Positions 1 to 10,913 of a stretch of 64,000 bases of DNA are shown one piece after another. A program made the position numbers and the translations under genes. Location: NCBI GenBank assembly GCA_946965045.2, contig OX337231.1, forward strand, positions 1,984,001-2,048,000, given 5' to 3'. The notes under the pieces were generated by a model. The model did no database searches. It was not told the DNA's origin and saw only the letters and a list, made by a program, of their open reading frames with translations. Each line of letters opens with the position of its first letter. Position 1 is the first letter of the stretch. This DNA comes from Epithemia pelagica. Its lineage: Eukaryota; Protista; Bacillariophyta.

Positions 1-335
1 AACATAAACACGGTTTTTTCTCGAACTCGCCCTTGTCGAAGTAGGTAGATTGGGAAATGGAGAATCAGTGCTATTCTCTTGAACCATTTCTGTTCACGAC
101 GAGTTGGTCTTGTTCCTTTTCATTCTTCTTTCCTTTTTGATGTTTTCTCCACCATGGTCGGGGGACCTTGTCTGTAGAATCTTTGTGCGTCTGAACAGCG
201 ACGTCTGCTCTCGCCCGTCCGCGGATCAAAAGCGACCGTTCTGATGGCCACATGATTCCAGTGGGATGGCATCAAAATCACAGCGATTGACATCTAACCT
301 CGCCACCATACAAAGAGCAAGGAGTACAGCAAAAG

Positions 336-1913
336 ATGGCGCTAAGATGGAAGCGTCATAGACGAAGTGGCGGGCGAGTGTTGTTGTTGTTGGTTTCGGC
401 GTTCCTGGTCACCTGGGTCTCGGTTGATGTGATGGCATATACGACCCTCGTCTGTGGACGACACAATCGTTGCGCAAGGAAGATTCTCAACCATCGCCCA
501 CTTTTCATGTACATGGATGATAATGGGAGATATGATCCTCCTGATTTCACGATTTTCGAGGACGACAATGACGATTCTTCTGTTGGCCAAGAAGATAGTC
601 TCGCAGATTCGCAGACTGAAGCTTGGCAGAATTCTCCTTCCTTTGATGACGAATACGAGAACGATGGAGACGAGACATCGTACGATCAATATGAAAAATC
701 TGAAGTAGAACGAGGGAATCCTGTCTCCTCACAATCGGCACAGTTTCCATCGGAACGGGGAGCATCATGGATGCAACGAAATGCAATGTTCCCTTCTGCT
801 CAGGGAGATGTAGAAACCAGCAATCGTCGGACGGATTATGATCGACCTCGTCAGCAACAAGGACAACATTATTCCTCACAACGTGACAAAGATACGACTC
901 GACCAAGCAAGTCTTTTCGTCAAGATTTTCGAGGAACGCGCGTGTTTGTACAGGGTATTCCATCCGACGCATCGTGGCAGGACCTTAAGGATCACTTTCG
1001 AGTGGCCGGGAATGTTGTATTTGCTTCGGTCAGTCGAGATCCAAGGACAGGAGAATCCAAAGGCCATGGTGTTGTCCAGTATGAAAATACTGAAATGGCT
1101 CAAACAGCCATTGCTATCATGAGAAATCACCCATTGAACGGTAGCTCTCTGTTTGTGCGAGAGGACGTCCAAGAAGAAAGGGAGGGTGCAACTCTCCGAA
1201 ACCGAAACTACAACAACAGCAACAACAACAATCGGCGGCAAGACAGCACTCGCATGTGGTCCTGTGCTGATGAGGAAAATAGTATGAGTTTGTTGTCAGA
1301 TTCCGACCAAACCGAGGTTCTTTCCTTGATTCGTGCGCGCGACGATGCCCGTCGTCGTCGTAATTACGAAGTTTCCGACAATATCCGAGATGAGCTCAAG
1401 TTTAAGTTTGGAGTTTATCTCGACGATCGTCTCAAGCTATGGTGGGTATCTATAGACGGAAAACACGTTCCAACAATGATTCAAGAAATTAAGGGCGATG
1501 GAGGATGGCGAAGTGGAAAGGAAAAGAAGCAGGCATGGCGACAAATACCAACAACGCCCGAGAATGATGCCTGCGTGAATCCCGACCTTGTGTATGGATT
1601 ATTAACTCAACGGGATATCGCTCGAAGGGAAAAAGATTTCTCGACAGCCGATATGTTGTTGGAACAAGCTCGCAATGCACCCGACGGGGACTTGACGTTG
1701 CGGATACACGACGAATCTCGCACATGGCGAATTTGGACCGACGAACCACCACCCAAACCCTTTAGCCCTCATATGAGTCCCGCAGAACGATGCATTGCAA
1801 TTGTACAAGAACATGCACCCGAAAAGGTGGAGGATGTACGAATGTTATTGGACAAGTTCGTCGGCCGAGAGTACAGCATCTTGAAGCGACTGAAACAAAA
1901 GTACCTCAACTAA
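336..1913 (+). CDS. RRM RNA-binding protein with N-terminal signal peptide and two repeats resembling the CysRS C-terminal (anticodon-binding) helical motif
   Basis: 525-aa ORF. RRM: RVFVQGIP..SWQDLKDHFRVAG..SKGHGVVQY. Repeats RDDARRRRNYEVSDNIRDEL..GVYLDD and RDIARREKDFSTADML..LRIHD. Hydrophobic N-terminus. Confidence 0.75.
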   Translation: MALRWKRHRRSGGRVLLLLVSAFLVTWVSVDVMAYTTLVCGRHNRCARKILNHRPLFMYMDDNGRYDPPDFTIFEDDNDDSSVGQEDSLADSQTEAWQNSPSFDDEYENDGDETSYDQYEKSEVERGNPVSSQSAQFPSERGASWMQRNAMFPSAQGDVETSNRRTDYDRPRQQQGQHYSSQRDKDTTRPSKSFRQDFRGTRVFVQGIPSDASWQDLKDHFRVAGNVVFASVSRDPRTGESKGHGVVQYENTEMAQTAIAIMRNHPLNGSSLFVREDVQEEREGATLRNRNYNNSNNNNRRQDSTRMWSCADEENSMSLLSDSDQTEVLSLIRARDDARRRRNYEVSDNIRDELKFKFGVYLDDRLKLWWVSIDGKHVPTMIQEIKGDGGWRSGKEKKQAWRQIPTTPENDACVNPDLVYGLLTQRDIARREKDFSTADMLLEQARNAPDGDLTLRIHDESRTWRIWTDEPPPKPFSPHMSPAERCIAIVQEHAPEKVEDVRMLLDKFVGREYSILKRLKQKYLN

Positions 1914-2035
1914 TTTACCCTAGGTAGATCCAGCAATTCGAAGCTGCATGTACATGTGACAACAATGTCGTGTTCTAGTGAGTTTTATGAGTGATTCTTC
2001 TGCAAAAATGTTCTAGCTCTATACCATCGTTGGTG

Positions 2036-4031
2036 TTACAGTCCTCGTAGCGTATTGAAAGAATTGGAACTCCGTTTGCCTCTACCACTACCAGGAAGTG
2101 CTGAATCAAGGTAGGGATGGCTGCTGGACGGTGGTAGTTCTTCCTCCTCCTCTGCATAAGGGTAACAGCAACCGCGGCCACTGCAACATACACAGAGTTC
2201 TAGAGCTGTTGACCTTATCGACGCCTTGCGCTCTAATGGTCGGAAGCTCACTTCTCCAAACATTGGGATTGCAGTAACACCCTTTCCCTGGACACATGTC
2301 CAGCCATCTTGCGGAATCCAACGAAGCTTTTTGGGATGCACGGCGGATTGTCCACCGAACAGCAGCAGTCGACTGAATTCATCGCGACTCACAACCCAGG
2401 CTCCCATGCCAGTCAAGCTGACAACTAATGGCGCCAAAACAACGACAATGAGTTTGGATTGCACTTCCACAGGACGTGACAAGGGCATGACTTCTCCAAT
2501 TATGAACAGAAGAACAATACATATCAAGGCTGCCACCCCATAAAGAGTACCCGCCGTGTACTGGCTATCTGTCAGTCTGTAATACCGGATTTGATGGCCG
2601 TAGACAATGTATATCAAGCTTCCAGAAGCAATGCTCAGCACAGCAACAACCGGCCAAACAATAATTCTCCATCGAATTTCATCGTAGCCGTAGTCGACCT
2701 TGAGTACAACAAGAGTCATGGCAGTAAAACAGAGGATCCAGCATAAAACTCTCAAAAAGTGTTGGGTCTTACAAACAAGCCCATCGAATATTCCTCCAGC
2801 GACCAAAACCCACAATGGAACGAAAGCTGCTGTGAGTGTGATTGAGCCTCGCGACAATCTTATGAAGATAAGAATTTCAAAGATAAAAACAAAGAAAGAC
2901 AGAATGCCAGTCTTGAGACCGAACTTGAGAGATCTCTGAAGTAATGGAAGGTATTCTGTCCTATTCAGATGATCTCTCGAATCTGGTCTCTGTCTTCCAT
3001 CATTAGCCTCGGCAATAAAATTGGACAGTGCTTTGGCAGACAATATATGTAGCCAAACAAGGCCAACGTGTGATGACCAACAGGGGAGAAGAATGAACCA
3101 ATAGGGAACAGTTGGAAGTAACAGAGTCCATCTTGCTGCTCCAAAGAGAGCAGTCAGCGAAAATCCTACTGATATGACAATCTGAATAAAAGAAAAGACA
3201 ACACAAAGATTGGAAAGAGCCTCGCAATCAGCTGGGAACAGCATACATGATACTTACCCATGTTTTGGTCAACGGTTTCATGACTTTCAACGCAGCCTTT
3301 CTGACAGCGTATATCTCTTCTGGGATTTCTGTTTGCGGTTGCTCTTCATCAGATCCACTGCTTCCTGTTGATCTCGCGTCTGTTCTCCCTTCATCCGGGG
3401 ATGGAGGCCGATACGGAGGTGGTTCGTATGGAGGAATTCCCGAGTTGTGCAATACACCTGGTTGAAGGTGAGATTGTTGCGCCGAGGTGGGTGAACGACG
3501 GGGAATTGATGACGGCAAGAGATGATGCCGGTGTTGACTTATTTCATCACTTTGAGCTGTGCCGGAGGCCAACGAATTGTGAGGAGGACCACCGGCCTGA
3601 CCTTCCGAGGTCATCTCGATGAAATCAATATACCTCTTAGATTGATCAACGTTATTATTTGCAGCTGATGATTCAGCAGTAGCAGCATAGAAAATTGCGG
3701 AGGATGTTGTCGATGAATCATCATCGGCGTTGACCATTTGAGAATTGGCCAAGTGTTCTCTTTTGTTGGTGGTAGTAGTCTTGGGTGAAATGGATGTCAA
3801 CTGAGATGTAGTTGATCCACCCGCTTTTTGAACGTGTGAAGGGGAACGCGACGATCTTCGGGCACGCAAGTTACTGCTTCCTCTGTGCGCTGCGTTGCTA
3901 TCGACGAACGGTGAAGCGGTGGAGTCCGGCCTTGTTCCTCGACCACCGGCAGGTAACAGCGGATCTCCTTCCCTCGCTGGTAACTCCTCCTCGTCCTTTT
4001 TCACCTCAGAGCGATGCAAGGGAAAACTCAT
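2036..4031 (-). CDS. Multi-pass membrane protein, TMEM185-like, with long low-complexity N-terminus; 2 exons
   Basis: ORFs 3228-4100 and 2036-3244 join in frame (W|IVIS) via a GTAAGT..TCAG intron at 3257-3182. First ATG at 4031. Several TM helices with PxW motifs. Confidence 0.6.
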
Positions 4032-4692
4032 ATCATGCCCACAGAGAGTGGGAACCTTCCAATAGTCTTTCGCTTCCTCAAGACCGCGAAGCAAAAACAA
4101 AACAGCAATCGATCACTGCAACAACAACTTCTCTTCCAAGTTTCAAGAGCCAATGGCCAAAGCGTATTGTTGACGGTGTGTGTGGTCTGTGGTCGTACAA
4201 TAGGGTGCGGCTGCCCAACCGTGATAAACACGCGGGCACACAAGCCATGTATGTCTCGACTCGGCATCATTTAAATCATTAATATTCCAATGCCACGCTT
4301 CAAGAAATACAACGCATGTCTCTGTTTAACTAGCGCGCGTACCGGCTATCCGTGGTAGGCCTTCCTCTCCTCACATTCACGTGCGGTGGCGCCAGCCATA
4401 CCTACAAGCACGATCAATCCACAATCCACAATCCACATCGTCCTTCTGAGAACAAACTAGCAGGATATTTAGACATTCTTACTACTAACCAGAAACAAGA
4501 CACCACCGTCCTTCCTTCTGTCCGTCAATCCAAGGGGTCGGATCGACATCGTCGAATGACGAGTTATGACGGCCCATCCCAGAAGATCTCGGCATCCGAG
4601 ACATCACAATCCCTCAGATATCTGACAAAAGCGGATGTCATCGGTGCATTCTTATTGAAAGAAGAAAGTTCTACAACAACCCTATCATCGAA

Positions 4693-6133
4693 ATGAAGGT
4701 TTTCCAATTCGTTTCTATCGCACTGTTTCCGTTTGCTGCGGCATTTTCGCCATCGGCTCCCACCACCGTATGTCATTGTGGGGTTCGTTTGTTGTCCTAT
4801 ACCTCCACGAAGTAGCTCGCACTCACACTTTATCGTTCTGAACCTGCCTCTCATCAATTCGGTCCAACGATCTTTTGATCAAGAATGTGCTTTCACGCAG
4901 TATTGTTGCTGAGAAGGCTTTGGTCGTGCCGACACAGTTTTCGCGAAAGCTCACTGTTGCCTTTTCGGAGGCTCTCGCGGTACGTGTTGTTACGGATTCT
5001 AGTGTATCAGATTTGAAAAGCCCCCTCTCACCCTTTGTTTATGCGAAATGAAGGAGGCACCAGGGGATGAACCTGAAAAAGAGAAGACGCTCGGCCAAAA
5101 GATTTTTGACGCTTACACAACAACTGCGAACGTCGCCACTACTCTCTTTCCGGTTTGGACTGTGTTGTTTACGGGTATTGCGCTCAAAAGTCCTCAGTCA
5201 TTTGCATGGTTCACTACCGAATACTTCACTGCAGGGCTTGCAGCGTTGATGCTTTCGATGGGAATCACTCTGACGCCCGACGATTTTGTCCAGGTGGCGC
5301 AACGTCCAACTCCCACAATTATGCAGTTCGTCATGTGTTACGCCATGATGCCCCTTCTTGCACTTGGCCTTGGAAACGCCTTCGCCTTGGACAAGGCCTT
5401 GATTGCCGGTATGGTGTTGGTGGGAAGCATCAATGGTGGACAGGCCTCAAACTTATGCACTTACATTGCCAAGGGCAATGTCGCCTTGTCGGTGCTCATG
5501 ACCACAGCCACAACCATTGGAGCAATTTTCATGACACCTCTTCTTTGCAAAGGTTTGCTAGGAGCTGTTGTACCTGTTGACGCGGCTGGTATCGCCAAAT
5601 CGACCATTCAGGTGAGTCAAATGGTCGGAAAGGGAAAAGGTCACTCGTCCATGAATACATTCTGATCCTGATGTTGTATTTCGCAGGTTGTATTGGCTCC
5701 CATTGCCATTGGAATGACCGCTAATCGTTTCCTTCCCAAATTTGTGGAAACGATCCTCCCCTTTGCTCCAGTTGTTGGTGTTGTGTCCACATGCTTGTTG
5801 GTTGCCAGTGCCGTGGCCCAGGTCGCGGAACCCATCCTAAGTGCCGGATTGTCGTTGCAGCTCCCCTTGTTGCTTCTTCATTTGGTTGGCGGTTTGGTTG
5901 GATACATTCTGCCGAAAATAACCGGATTCACCGAAACGACGTGCCGCACCATCGCGATTGAAACCAGTATGAAGAGTTCGGCATTTGGTTTTCTCCTGGC
6001 GAAACTCCATTTTGGCGACTACGCAGCGCGTATTCCCTCTGCCGTATCCGTTGTGTGGATGGCCTTGACAGGAAGTTTGCTGGCTGTCGTTTGGCGATAC
6101 ATCCCTGTCGGTGATGAAAAGGACGAGGACTAA
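4693..6133 (+). CDS. Bile acid:sodium symporter (BASS/SBF family), predicted plastid-targeted; 4 exons
   Basis: Motifs LMLSMGITL, GGQASN, ALSVLMT, AIETSMKSS. Phase-0 introns 4768-4883, 4980-5053 and 5612-5686. N-terminus MKVFQFVSIALFPFAAAF resembles a signal peptide plus ASAF-type motif. Confidence 0.85.
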
Positions 6134-6623
6134 GGACCTTTTCCGGGATCTTTCGTTGGGAACTGACCACTCTGGTTACTTTTAGGTCTAATTTAATAGT
6201 ACTGATGCCAATCCAACGTTCTTGAAAAGTTGAATGTCATCACCGGTTCACTGCTTGTATCTCATCGTCGCGTTCAGCTCCTCGTTGCTACCGCACACTG
6301 CAAATATCGTAGTCATCGGCGCACACCACAGCCACAGCATTAGTTCGATGGATGGACAGGATTTGAACAGTACAGGTAATGGACCACGAGAGTCGATCGT
6401 TCCTAGACTACGGGAAGGCCGTGGATATATATTTTTCTCACTAGTGACTAAGATTGTTTGTCAACAAATTTAAAGGCCATCAGACAGGGGTCTACGAAGA
6501 AAGACGGCCTCAAGCTGAATGAAATTCATTCATCTGCTCACCGCAATGTGCCAATGGAGGGACAGTCTTGCTAAAGTCAAATGTGAAAAGGCTTGATAAC
6601 GGAACGTTTCGACTGACGTGAGT

Positions 6624-7366
6624 CTACGAACTTCCTTGAGATTTGAGGTATCGAGTGAATTCAGTGTAAGCAGAATCTAAGTCATGAAGGAGCTGCCTTG
6701 CATCACTTTCTTCAATCTGATCTACAGCTCGGAGGGAATTCAACTTCCGTAGCCAGTGTTGAACCTTACGATTTGGCTCAAAGTCATTTGGTGTTTGTGG
6801 AAGTCGGGTTAGACTATCCATAAGGTCCGACAGCAAAGGTTGCAATTCGTCCACGTATCGTTGTTCCAAACGAACGGCGTCCATAGTAGTAATAAAATAT
6901 TGTACAGTCTCTGCGCGAAATCTTGTGAGATGACTCAAGTTCATATAGGCATACTCTCTGAGACGTCTGAATACTTACCTGCAACCGTGGCTGCATTATA
7001 GGCATCTTTATCTGAGCTTTTGATGGCTAGCGGGACACCCTCAACAAGAAGTCGTTCTACTGCCCGAGGACAATCCATCTGGTAAATTTTCATGAATGTT
7101 TCGGTTGTCATTTGGCCCCTTATAGCGTGCTCTGCAACGCCGAACTGAGAAATGAGTCTGTTGCACTGTTCCAAGTACGTTTTCTCGTCGATTGCATCAA
7201 GCGCGTACGAACGTTCCAAATGTTCCGTAGCCATGATAATTGCGTAGAGATTTGCCATTTCGTCGTAACTCTGTCGTTGACGGCTGTTCTCGTAGAGCGG
7301 AACCTCTGGTTCATCCGTGCTCATGTCAGAAGTGTATCTGTCGCCAAGCCCCGATCGATCCACCAT
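6624..7366 (-). CDS. VPS28: ESCRT-I subunit Vps28; 2 exons
   Basis: LYAIIMATEHLERSY..CNRLISQF..MDCPRAVERL, intron 6978-6911, then TVQYFITTMDAVRL..DELQPLLSDL..LLHDLDSAYTEF. Confidence 0.92.
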
Positions 7367-7613
7367 GGTCTCGTGTATGTTTCTCTTGTTCTTGTCGCTC
7401 TAACGGCAACGAGTTCACTAACCTTGCCCAAGGAGATGGGGTAATCCTGAGCAGGTCGCTACCTTACCAGTCAGATACTGACTGTGACCTATAGGAGTTA
7501 CCGAACGCTTTTTCTGAATAAAGAACACTCTAGCGACAAAAGATGATATACTGACTGCTAGTACTATTAAAACCCACCACCACCCGGTTCATAACCGCTA
7601 CATATTTGTACTG

Positions 7614-8552
7614 CTAGTCATCTTCCACTTCGATCTGAAACACTTTCGCCTCACCATTTTCAATCTTCATCTGAACCAGATTCACCACTGCTCCAAACAC
7701 CTTGTGATGCCCATCCAGATCTCCTCTATATTTCTCCTTTAAGATATTGTAATGTTTCAGTAAATTGTTGACAGTTTCATGTCTCGCCCTGGCATCAGCC
7801 ATCATCTTGTCTTGATAGTCATTTCTTCCAGTAGGTGTGACAAAGTAGCATCCAGAATCGTTGTAACCACCATCAGCAATCACTTTCTCGTTCGGTAGTA
7901 GCTCTTGAACAAGCCAGTCTCTGGCAATCCGTAGGTCTGGCCAAGCGCCACAAGGGAATGCACCATTCCACCACACTATCCAGCCAGTTTTCAGGCAGAT
8001 TCCCACCTCATACCTCACACCTGCTCCCTTAAACTTGTGCGAGTACCATTTTGGATCAAAAGGTGACGGCTCCAAAATCCTGAAGTCAGTACCATCCAAA
8101 CTAATGAAACAGACCTGTCCAGGTACACAACAATCAAACCTATTGTCCCATACAACCTGTTATAAGAACAACAGCAATGGTCAGATATGAGGAGGACGAC
8201 TTCATGGCAAATTCATGTAGGGCCATGTACTTACATAATTAAGACCACTATACAACAAATTTACAAACACTTTGACCCACTTCCTGTAGGTCTTCCTCGT
8301 TGTTTTGGCTATTGAGACCATAACATCCTCTGTAGCATAGACTTTCAGAAAAGCCAGTGTCCACAACAAATGACGAGGCGATGCACCTTTGGGCAATGAA
8401 CTGTCCAATTCATCCCACACATGAACACAGAGCAAAGGAGACATTCCAAAGTAAGAACGAAAAGCACGTGAGAAATCAAGTGAGTGTGAGTGTCTTGCTC
8501 TACCAAGCATTGGCAGAGCCAAGTTGATGAATGTTTGTTGTGTCACCAACAT
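7614..8552 (-). CDS. Harbinger-type DDE transposase (DDE_Tnp_4-like), ~286 aa; 2 exons
   Basis: ISLDGTDF, YSHKFK, WWNGAFPCG, IADGGY, RARHETVN. GTAAGT..ACAG intron 8234-8157 restores one frame. Confidence 0.88.
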
Positions 8553-8894
8553 GGTGGGAGAAAACCGCTTTGGAAAATTTATGTTTGCTCAGTGTGTGTC
8601 GCGATGCTGACCACACCTTTACTTTGATCTCGGTCTGTCTGTGTGTAGTACTGTCAGTTCATTGGAACAGGTTTTTTGGAATTTCATCACGTTCATTTGA
8701 TTGGCTGGTCAGTTGAGCAGCGACACTAAACTTTGTACTGTTCTACATATAGTGACCAATTCGAATTCGTGTCCGGTCATTGGAACCGGCCTGGAACGGT
8801 GCAGAAATCGATTCAAAAATCGTTTTCATTCAAAAACTGGAATTTCTGAATGGCCCTACCTCGCCAACATCCTATTACTTTCTACATCTTAAGC

Positions 8895-9114
8895 GACCCA
8901 CATATTGCCCTTATCTTGGGTTAACTGTGGGTCGCTTGATTATATCATTTGAACCACTAGAAAGTGTCCTGGGTCGGTTTTGAAAAAACGACCTGGCTCG
9001 AAAAAATCGACCCAGCTCGTTTTTTAAAACCGACCCAGGACACCTTATAAGTGCCCAATTCACTTGGACGAACGACCCACGGTTGACCCAAGGTAAGGGC
9101 AATACGTGGGTCGC
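8895..9114. repeat. Nested imperfect palindrome between the two Harbinger genes
   Basis: 27/28-bp stem 8964-8991 vs 9017-9043. Outer 41-bp arms 8895-8935 vs 9074-9114 with 4 mismatches. Confidence 0.85.
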
Positions 9115-9309
9115 ACTACTTTCAGAATTGGAGCCAAATTGGGCATGGCCTCCTCGATTGAAAAATGGAGTCCATGATGAAAACCGACCCAGTCCGGATT
9201 TTGGTGAACTGTTTTTAGGGTCATAAAATTAGTTTTCGTGCGAACAGACCAGTCTGGTTTTGCACTCCCTCGCGCTTCTGTTTTACGTACTAATAGTACC
9301 TATACTCCG

Positions 9310-10354
9310 ATGACCAGGTCTGGCCGCAACAGTTTGGGCGAGGGTGCCCTACTTTCGTGGAATTCAAAGTCAACAGATGCCGAATTCCTTGACAAAATCG
9401 TGTCAGAAGGCTTGATTCTGGAGAGCGCCACACCCAAATCTGTGTGGTTGGAACACGCTGTTTTCCAAAAGTACAAATTGGAATCATTCAGGTCGGCACT
9501 CAACAAAGCCAAAAGAAAATACCAAGTCCACTTGAAGGATCAACATGAGAGAGAGACTGGTCATGAGTTGTTGGGTCGTGGTGAGACGGCCCCATCTATG
9601 GATGGAAAGGTAAGGAACCCCAATGATGGAGATCTCAAACCAGCTCCTTCTTTGTTTGGGTCGTCCAAAGGACAAGGTAAGTGCCAGTGTACACAGTTTG
9701 TTTGATTGTTGAGTCACTGTCCTTACCTGTTGTGGTTCCAAGGTCGCTCCTGAGTCTGTTGTCAGTGACGAGGCTATGGTGAAGAAAAGGGCGGCAGGAT
9801 CCATGCCATTACAGGAGACACTACAGGTACAACTACAACAAAAGAGGAAAAAGACAAATGAAGAAGACAGTGGTAATGACATGATGAGGAATTGGGAGCC
9901 TCCTCATGTCTTGACACAGTGGGTCGACGACAAGAAACAGCGTCATTTGGTGATTTTGGTGGTGTTGCCTACAGGTATTGCACATGAAGACACAACAAAT
10001 TGCTTGATTGAAGTGGATCCGAGCCAGCTACAGGTACATGTGAAGGTAATTTGGCCTGACAACGCAACTCATATCCATTATCTAACCCAACACATGCACA
10101 GAGAGTGGCATGTCGAGGAGAAAAACCTACGAATGAAACTTGCTTTGGAAGACGCCATGAATCAGATGCGAAAAAGAGAAACAGACTTTGTCAGGTCAAA
10201 GTTTTCTCTTTCTCTTCCTTTCATGGTGCAAAGCAGGTTCGACTACGAATTTATGTACGACACAACAAACGGATTCAGAGCGTTGTTGATTTCCCTACAT
10301 GAGCCGGACGCACAATTTGAAGGCGGCATGAAGCACAAGATGGTGCGTCTGTAA
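9310..10354 (+). CDS. Harbinger accessory protein (ORF2), probable DNA-binding partner; probably 2 exons
   Basis: ORFs 9238-9705 and 9776-10354 join in frame with intron 9610-9742 (GTAAGG..CAAG, DGK|VAPE). Lies inside the TIRs, divergent from the transposase. Confidence 0.65.
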
Positions 10355-10913
10355 ATTAATGTAGTATGATTTGGGGCGGTTGCAAAAACCGGGTGGTGGT
10401 GGGCCTAAATCTTTCTATTAGTTCTCTATTTGTCCATGTTCATAGTTTATGCTATAGTACATCGATTAAGCGTTCTGGTCGTGTTCCGCTTTGTAGTCAG
10501 ACTTTGCCTGGAATGACAGCGAGCTGCTCAGGATTACCCCAGCTCCCAAGTCGTGTCGCCAAAACGTGACTGAACATAATTCCTACTTCTGCTACCTCAT
10601 CATCCAGCTTTCTGGGGCCCTCGTTAGGCTAAAGTCCCTACTCATTCGGTCGACTGATCTGAATAAGAGGATTGTAGAAGAAATGAGTTGCAGGAGGGAG
10701 TACGAAAATCAATGATTGCAACTTCTTTGAGCTAGGTACATTCAGTCTTAGGAGTAGGACTTATGGTTGATTCTTTCCCTTCTGCAGTGGACAACAATGA
10801 GCAAGTGATTGGCAATGCCGCCTAAGAATGTGAAGTGATGTGAGCCGCTAGATCGACGTGGATCATGTCTTCTTCATCTCCAGGGTGTTGGATTTGTTGG
10901 GTGCTTAGTGCTC

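Larger units (their letters stand above)
7571..10405. mobile_element. PIF/Harbinger DNA transposon, 2.8 kb, two divergent genes
   Basis: 19-bp TIRs (aacccaccaccacccggtt at 7571-7589; aaccgggtggtggtgggcc at 10387-10405; 17/19 match). TAA on both flanks (7568-7570, 10406-10408). DDE_Tnp_4-type transposase inside. Confidence 0.88.
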
